From: a cyanobacterium endosymbiont of Rhopalodia gibba
GTDB lineage: Bacteria; Cyanobacteriota; Cyanobacteriia; Cyanobacteriales; Microcystaceae
Assembly (NCBI GenBank): GCA_045159875.1
Contig: CP067995.1
Span: 32,001-96,000, forward strand
Direction of reading: 5' to 3'
Length of the DNA: 64,000 nucleotides
Both the position numbers and the translations under genes were made by a program. Numbering within the stretch: position 1 is the stretch's first letter; the number at the start of each line of letters is the position of its first letter. Shown here one piece after another: positions 57,243 through 64,000 of the stretch. The notes beneath the pieces are model-generated. The model did not search any database and had not been told where the DNA came from. It was given only the letters and a program-made list of their open reading frames with translations.

Positions 57243-58033
57243 AACACCTCTATGGTAGTTAAAACTAGTTTTTATTCTTTGATAGTTTTAAGAACTATCG
57301 GTCAAGATTATGTTGTTTGACAATACTGGAGTTGTGCAGACTTTAAAAATAGCGTAATAGTTCCTTATGGGGGATATCATTGCTCATAGTTGTATGATAT
57401 TAGTTATGGATGATAAATCATAGAAAATAACTTTCCTAGAATAAGTTGTGATAACATCACAATCAACAAAAGTGGAAAGTATTGCCTTATAAGGTTAAGA
57501 TTTCCGATATTTAAAAAACTTTCTCTTTATAAGAACTAGGTTCTAGAAGTTACTAGTTATTATGTTCAGCCTGAAAGAGCATAGAAGATTTAGTTTGACA
57601 TGTAATTTTAAAAATTCAGTTATTTATAAAGTTTTTTTACCATTTTAAATTTTTTTTGTTTAGTTAAAAGTATTATTTCAAGTTTTATTTATTTATTCTA
57701 ATAAAAAAATAGGATATTAGACTTAGCTCTTTTTATCTGTTCATTAATTCTATTAAAGATAATAGATTTGACTAATTCTTGACTAGGAGAAATAATAGAA
57801 AATTTTAAAATACCATTTACTGATTGCTTGGGCGCTTACTCATCTAAAGACAAGATCTTAATCGATTTTTATTCCCATTGCTAAGTGTTGATGTGAAAGC
57901 CATAAAGGATGAATGTGATAGGTCAGTATTTGTAGAAAATTATAACTTTAACCGGGGATTGACAATCTTGAGTTAAAGACGGCAATCTTAAGGAAAGCTA
58001 GAATCAAATTTTTAGACCTGCTGTTCTCAGCCT

Positions 58034-59437
58034 ATGCTGTCCTTTCTATCATCACTCATAGTGGCTCAAACTATTTACCCGTTAACATTTCGGGAGGCTA
58101 GCCCAGATTTTATTGCCCAACCTCAGGAAGTTCGGACTCTTCCAGGAAAACTTAACGATGTGTTAGTTTTTAATAGCAACAGTCCTGAAGTTATCGAAAC
58201 TGAAGGTATTCTGTTGTCAACGTTCCCGTCAAGTGGAAAAAAATTTTCTAACGCCCACTTAAATAAACCGCTAAAAGGACGCTTTGACGTTTTTACCCAC
58301 CATATCTCTCGGCCCACTTACGCACAAAGAACTCTTTATCAGGGACTGCTGGTTCACAACCCTACTTCCCAAACAATCATCATTAAAGTTTTGCAGGGGG
58401 CGAGTTATCGTACCTCTCCTGATGCCCCGTTTATAAATCTACCTTCTTTGGTCGAAGATCCATCAGGACAGGTTTTTTCTGGTCCAGGTTCTCGATTAAT
58501 GAGCGATATTTTACGAGGAGTTAATCATAATAAATTTCCTACCCGTATAATACTGAGACCGAGCGAGAGCCGGATGTTATTTACGTTACCCATTAGTCCA
58601 AGCAATGGTCGTTCAACTTTTATGCGTCTCTACAGTAACGGCCCTGTCTACATGGCTAATTTAGCTTTATACGAAGTTCCTCGCTTCGAAATTAGTCAGG
58701 ATGAGGACAAAAATAAACCGAAGAAAATAATCTACAGAAAACCAACCCTTAACGAATGGCGATATTTAGTTACCACTGGAAAATTAGTTACTCCTAGGGA
58801 TCTTCCTCCGACACCAATGGATCAAGATTTAGGAGAAGACACAATTTACGGACGAGTGGCTGGTATTTCTGTGGGGTCTGAATGGGTAGCACGACTGACC
58901 GATCAACCCAATAAAATTCATCTGAGTATTCCTCAGCGAGGAAAAGCTTTCTCTTATCCCTTAAGTACAGTCACTACGGGAACTCACGGAACAAAGCAAA
59001 TTCAAAGTGCGCCAATGGTCGTTCGATATCCCGACACTGCCTACCGCGCTCATGGGAATTATGGAGTCCATTACAATTTAATTCTCCCAGTAACTAATAG
59101 GAGCTCTGAGAGGCAAACCGTTGAAATTTCTCTCCAAACTCCTTTTAAACAAAATGAACATGCTGATCGCCTAGTATTTGCCTATCGTCCCCAAGGTCAG
59201 GTATTTTTCCGAGGAACTGTAAAGGTTGCCTATGCAACCCGAAATGGTCAATTCCAAGAGCGTTATTTTCATTTAGTTCAAAGACGAGGACAACAGGGAG
59301 ATGCTTTAGTCAGAATTAACCTCGAACCAGGAGAAAGACGAGAAGTCGAAGTTGATTTTCTTTATCCTCCCGACGCCACCCCTCCCCAAGTGTTGACGGT
59401 GAGAACCATGAATTTGTTCTATGGCAAAAATCGTTAG
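58034..59437 (+). CDS. DUF3370 domain protein (cyanobacterial, exported)
   Basis: QEVRTLPGKL..VFNSNSPE..GILLSTFP, AHGNYGVHY, FFRGTV, YPPDATPPQVLT. Confidence 0.8.
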   Translation: MLSFLSSLIVAQTIYPLTFREASPDFIAQPQEVRTLPGKLNDVLVFNSNSPEVIETEGILLSTFPSSGKKFSNAHLNKPLKGRFDVFTHHISRPTYAQRTLYQGLLVHNPTSQTIIIKVLQGASYRTSPDAPFINLPSLVEDPSGQVFSGPGSRLMSDILRGVNHNKFPTRIILRPSESRMLFTLPISPSNGRSTFMRLYSNGPVYMANLALYEVPRFEISQDEDKNKPKKIIYRKPTLNEWRYLVTTGKLVTPRDLPPTPMDQDLGEDTIYGRVAGISVGSEWVARLTDQPNKIHLSIPQRGKAFSYPLSTVTTGTHGTKQIQSAPMVVRYPDTAYRAHGNYGVHYNLILPVTNRSSERQTVEISLQTPFKQNEHADRLVFAYRPQGQVFFRGTVKVAYATRNGQFQERYFHLVQRRGQQGDALVRINLEPGERREVEVDFLYPPDATPPQVLTVRTMNLFYGKNR

Positions 59438-59560
59438 AGACCCTAATGAAAATAAGTAGAATTTTTACTAGGTGTAAGGGTCAACAAGCCGTTGATTTCT
59501 ATTAATTTCCAAAGTAAGGAGATCCAAATTTCCTTTACAATCAAAGACGACGATTTCGGT

Positions 59561-59997
59561 ATGTTATTAGCGATTGAGTTAATAAAATATTTCCTGCGAT
59601 TGGTACTATTTTCCTTCTCATTTGTATTTCTTGTGAGTTCATTTTCTATCCTAACAGTCAGTTCTTCGGTAGTGACTGGCGCGGTAGCTAGTTTTGGAGA
59701 TGTACAGTTAATTAGTAATTAGTAAAGATTTTTCGGGATAGTACCCTAAAGACGGCACAATTTACTCATGTAGATTTGACCAACGCGAATTTTAGGGATG
59801 CTGATTTACATGGAGTAGTTTTTAATGGTACAAAATTAATTGAAACCGATCCTCATGGGGTTGATTTAACTAACAGTGCTAACTTTAGCCTAGCAGTTTT
59901 AGACAATCGACAGGTAACAGAACAACTGTGCGACCGCGTTGACGGAATCAATTCTAAAATGGGAATAAGTACCTGTGAATCCCTAGGTTGTCGATAG
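59561..59997 (+). pseudogene. Lumenal-type pentapeptide repeat protein, disrupted
   Basis: Signal-like N-terminus, stop at 59720-59722, then [10 protein letters not shown] repeats and [17 protein letters not shown]-terminus. Confidence 0.75.
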
Positions 59998-60004
59998 TTA
60001 ATTC

Positions 60005-61165
60005 ATGGCTCAAATGACAGTGAAACGCGTTGGTGTTATTGGAGGAGGTCAGTTAGCCTGGATGATGGCTAAAGCTGCTCAACGGTTGGGTTTTGATTTG
60101 ATCATTCAAACGTCCCACAAGGACGATCCTGCCGTGTCTATTGCAACAGAGGTCATTTTTGCCCCTATTAATGATAGAGCAGCTACCATCGAACTAGCGG
60201 CTCATTGTGATGTAATTACGTTTGAAAATGAGTTTATTGATCTCGAGGTCCTCCGACCTTTAGAAGAAAAAGGGGTCCGTTTTTGTCCTAGTTTGGGGGT
60301 TCTTACTCCATTATTGGATAAATATCAGCAAAGATCTTATCTACAACACATTGGCTTACCTGTTCCGAAATTTACCACTCTAGAAAACCTATCATCTCTC
60401 GACTTTTCCTTTCCGGTCGTGCTGAAAGTTCGTCGTCATGGTTACAACGGTCAGGGGACTTTTATTGTTAAAACCCCAGAGGAGCTAGAAACCACTGCCA
60501 AAAATTTGGAGGGAATAGAAGTCATGGTAGAAGAGTTTGTTACATTTGAACGGGAATTAGCCGTCATGGCTGCTCGTAATGTCACTGGAGAGGTAGCGGT
60601 TTATCCTCTGGTAGAAACTTACCAACCTGATCAAGTCTGTAGATGGGTGCTCGCCTCTGGAGATATTTCAACAGAAGTTCAAACAGAAGTAAAACAGATA
60701 GCCATTAATTTATTGACTCGATTGGAAGTGGTGGGAATTTTTGGTATCGAACTGTTTTTAACTCCTCAAAGTCAGGTTTTGGTTAATGAAATTTCCCCCC
60801 GTACCCACAATTCAGGACATTACACCCTCGATGCTTGTGAAATATCTCAATTTGAGATGCAGTTACGGGCATTGTCAGGACTATCATTGGGGTCAACTGA
60901 GTTAAACTGTTTAGGAGCTGTGATGGTAAATTTATTAGGTTATGAATATTCAAGGCAAGATTATCTAGAAAAACGGCAGAAACTCTCAGAAATTTCCGGT
61001 TCTTACGTTTATTGGTATGGAAAAACTAATGTTCGCCCAGGAAGGAAAATAGGTCATGTTACGGTCTTGCTGGAGAAAACTGAAATGACTTTAAGTCCAA
61101 AAAATCGACAGCAACGGTTGTCAGAAATTGCACAACAAGTAGAGTCAATTTGGTATGGTTCGTGA
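60005..61165 (+). CDS. purK: N5-carboxyaminoimidazole ribonucleotide synthase
   Basis: IGGGQLAWMM, ITFENE, NEISPRTHNSGH, YGK..RPGRKIGH. Confidence 0.95.
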   Translation: MAQMTVKRVGVIGGGQLAWMMAKAAQRLGFDLIIQTSHKDDPAVSIATEVIFAPINDRAATIELAAHCDVITFENEFIDLEVLRPLEEKGVRFCPSLGVLTPLLDKYQQRSYLQHIGLPVPKFTTLENLSSLDFSFPVVLKVRRHGYNGQGTFIVKTPEELETTAKNLEGIEVMVEEFVTFERELAVMAARNVTGEVAVYPLVETYQPDQVCRWVLASGDISTEVQTEVKQIAINLLTRLEVVGIFGIELFLTPQSQVLVNEISPRTHNSGHYTLDACEISQFEMQLRALSGLSLGSTELNCLGAVMVNLLGYEYSRQDYLEKRQKLSEISGSYVYWYGKTNVRPGRKIGHVTVLLEKTEMTLSPKNRQQRLSEIAQQVESIWYGS

Positions 61166-61837
61166 CTGATTAACTCATGTTTGCTCTCGTCTCATGGGGA
61201 AATATTCAACTCTCACTAGAATCAATAGATCAAATTACTTACAACTTGGCAGAAACATCGAGACTTATGCTAACAAAGGGAAGAGAATTAAATTTCTCAC
61301 CTAAAGTGCCATAAAGGAGAAATTCTACTAATGGAGCTCTTATCCTAAACCTAGACGAAATGTCCATTGAATAGCTAAAATTATTGCCCCGCCTCTCAAA
61401 CATACCCAATAAGAACACGATGTTTTGACTCCAGTGACCATCAAATTGTCAGAAGAAAATAAGATCAAACCTTATTATTGCTTTTATAGCAAAAGTTGGC
61501 ACACTGTATTTGCTATAGAATGTTTAAAATTAGCGATTAGATTCGCCTTCTGATTGAGTGCTAGACATTAATGTCACTGGCTATTTCGCAGAAATGGACC
61601 TTCAATGTATCAATGGCAGTTAATAGAATGTTACTTTCAATCTCAAAATTAATATTTCTCAGGCATTAACCTTCAGGATATAATCACTTTACGTTTTGAG
61701 ATAGCCTATCAACCCAACACCAGTAGCCCTCTGTGAGAATTACGACAGCATTTAAATCAAACTTCAAGATAGATAAGATTGATTGCTTTTAAGTAAAAAA
61801 TTTGTTTTCATAAGATATAAATTCCGGGTAGGTACGA

Positions 61838-62974
61838 GTGAATACAATTCCCCCAGTCGATTTAATCCGTCAATACAAGCTAATTGGTGAAGAAGTGGAC
61901 TTAGCTGTCCTCGATGTGGTTCGCTCGGGTCGTTATATTGGTGGTGATGCTGTTAGTGGTTTTGAGCGACAATTTAGCAAATATGTGGGAACTTCTCATT
62001 GTGTAAGCTGTAATTCGGGAAGCGATGCTCTTTATTTGGCTCTACGCGCCTTTAATATTGGACTTGGGGATGAAGTGGTCACCTCCCCGTTTACCTTTAT
62101 TGCTACTGCAGAAACCATCTCTATGACTGGGGCTACTCCAGTCTTTGTAGATATTGATCGCACGACTTTCAATCTAAATATAGATCTCTTAGAAAAGGCA
62201 ATTACCCCCAAAACAAAAGCCATTATTCCGGTTCATCTATTTGGTCAACCCGTTGGCATGACTCAACTTATGGACATTGCTCAACGTCACAATCTTTATG
62301 TAATTGAAGACTGCGCCCAAGCAACAGGGGCGAGATGGAAGGAGAAAAGAGTAGGAAATATTGGACATATTGGCTGTTTTAGTTTCTTTCCTACGAAAAA
62401 TTTAGGAACCTGTGGAGATGGTGGAGCTATCACCACGAATGATCATGCGATCGCCGATACTATTCGTACTATTAAGGAACATGGTAGCCGTCAACGTTAC
62501 AATCATGATTTAATCGGAATAAATAGCCGTCTTGATACTATTCAAGCCGCAATTTTACAAGTTAAATTACGTTATCTAGATCGTTGGAACCAACAACGGC
62601 GAGCAGTGGCGCAACGATATCATGAATTGCTCAAATTCATCTTAGGAATTCAACTACCTCAAGAGTTATTCGGAGGGTATCATGTTTGGAACCAGTACAC
62701 TATTTTAGTCGAAAATAAAAGAGGAGAAACTGAAGTCTTCCGTGATTACCTTCAGAAAAAATTACAGAAAAAGGGGGTTATTTCGATGATTTATTACCCC
62801 ATTCCTTTACACTTACAGAAGGTTTACCAAGGGTTGGGTTATGAAATTGGTGCATTTCCAGTAACAGAAAAAACTGTACGTGAAGTCTTATCTTTACCGA
62901 TGTTTCCCGAGATTTCTTTTGAAGAACAACAGCAAATTGCTTATGCTTTAAAAGACTGTTTAAGTAATAATTAA
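61838..62974 (+). CDS. DegT/DnrJ/EryC1/StrS sugar aminotransferase
   Basis: NSGSDAL, PFTFIAT, IEDCAQA, SFFPTKNLG..GDGG, NSRLD, SLPMFP. Confidence 0.93.
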   Translation: MNTIPPVDLIRQYKLIGEEVDLAVLDVVRSGRYIGGDAVSGFERQFSKYVGTSHCVSCNSGSDALYLALRAFNIGLGDEVVTSPFTFIATAETISMTGATPVFVDIDRTTFNLNIDLLEKAITPKTKAIIPVHLFGQPVGMTQLMDIAQRHNLYVIEDCAQATGARWKEKRVGNIGHIGCFSFFPTKNLGTCGDGGAITTNDHAIADTIRTIKEHGSRQRYNHDLIGINSRLDTIQAAILQVKLRYLDRWNQQRRAVAQRYHELLKFILGIQLPQELFGGYHVWNQYTILVENKRGETEVFRDYLQKKLQKKGVISMIYYPIPLHLQKVYQGLGYEIGAFPVTEKTVREVLSLPMFPEISFEEQQQIAYALKDCLSNN

Positions 62975-63199
62975 AACGTCAATTATAAAATTATATTTTG
63001 TAGAAAAAAGTCAAGTTGTTTAATAGGTAATGCTAACCTCACTTGGTCAGATCTTGAAGTAATAGATTCTAATTTGAAGTATGTAGATTCAATATATCTC
63101 CAGAGTGTTTCTGCTCCTATTCCTGCAGTTCTTTGTTAAAATTTATCTTTTAATATTTTTATCTGTTGTAAAAAACAAATTTAATCTCATACTTTTCCA

Positions 63200-63880
63200 T
63201 TACAAATAAATGGAGGTATATTTTTAGGTCGTTTACTTAACTAACGTTGCTAATTTTTACTTATGTTTTCAAAACTACTTTGATTAATAATTTAATTTGA
63301 GACCAACAGATCTTGGATTGTGTTACTAAATTTTTGTTCAAAAAAATTAGCAATTTTTATCATTGTGCTTTTAGTCTTAAATTTCATTATTTTATAAGTT
63401 AAAACATAACACTTTTATTATTTTTATAAAAGTACCAAGTAACTACATAACAAAAATAATCTCCAAAGTCTATTTTTTCATCAATAAAATATTCAAAAGA
63501 GTTATCAAAGGTTCTCTCTGCAAAATCATAATGTGTCATCAGACTTTTTGTCTGGCTATATAAAGATAACACACAATTAAAAGGATTATGAGCTATATAA
63601 ATGCTTTAGGTTAATAGGGAAATCTAAGAATAGCTTTTTTACCTACTTTTTATAAGTGAGGACTAACTTCTGAGATAGTTTTTAATATGGACAAAGGTTA
63701 TCTATTATAATGTATTAACCAGACAATATATTGAGTCCAGGTGGTTCCACATTTTGGATAACTAACAATAAAAATATTTTAAGGTTGTGCTTTATAACTA
63801 ATTCCAGAAGTAAGTCCTTCTAGAAGAAATCCAATTAGAATTCGAAAGCTACTATGATTATAGTATCAAGTTTTTTTACC
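63200..63880 (-). pseudogene. Sulfotransferase pseudogene
   Basis: NIFIVSYPKCGTTWTQYIVWLI (PAPS-binding motif, about 63725-63775), FDNSFEYFIDEKIDFGDYF; several stops; absent from ORF track. Confidence 0.75.
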
Positions 63881-64000
63881 TTTCATTTTTTTGTTTTTTA
63901 TATAGTTATTGTCCTTGCTAAGTAGTGGATACAAATACGACTAAGCTTATAATAAATAATGTTGTGATTAAAATCTTTGTTTTTTCAAAACTAAAGCCTT

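Noticed and set aside
61166..61330. 6S RNA (ssaA), often found downstream of purK in cyanobacteria
   Set aside because: No recognisable 6S sequence or long rod-like complementarity; only a 45-codon ORF (61177-61314) of no recognisable family.

Overview
AT-rich cyanobacterial chromosome segment (Chroococcales, Cyanothece/Rippkaea/Crocosphaera-like proteins) in the middle of reductive evolution. Intact housekeeping genes (pspA-vipp1-trx, glnB, ftsH1, furC, gshA, proB, alr, hemW, nadC, trpB, trpC, proS, rplI, pyrD, rnz, ftsW, purK, tRNA-Met) and the nif master activator cnfR/patB alternate with many pseudogenes at all stages of decay (aminotransferase, phycobilisome linker cpcC and probably cpcBA, STAS, ferredoxin, YihY, comM, PIN/TRAM, sugar transferase, queE, pentapeptide proteins, sulfotransferase) and fossil IS elements (three ISL3, two IS630, IS982, IS200/IS605 TnpB). 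Most long 'empty' spacers are these fossils. The pattern best fits a nitrogen-fixing, non-photosynthetic endosymbiont such as the spheroid body/diazoplast of rhopalodiacean diatoms (inference). Most notable: an intact ParE/RelE-type toxin-antitoxin pair with an apparently attenuated toxin, a collapsed cpcBAC ghost, eroding HIP1 sites, and a set of unusually perfect long palindromes. No CRISPR, rRNA, prophage or clearly new multi-gene system was found. Pseudogene and IS boundaries are approximate and were translated by eye.
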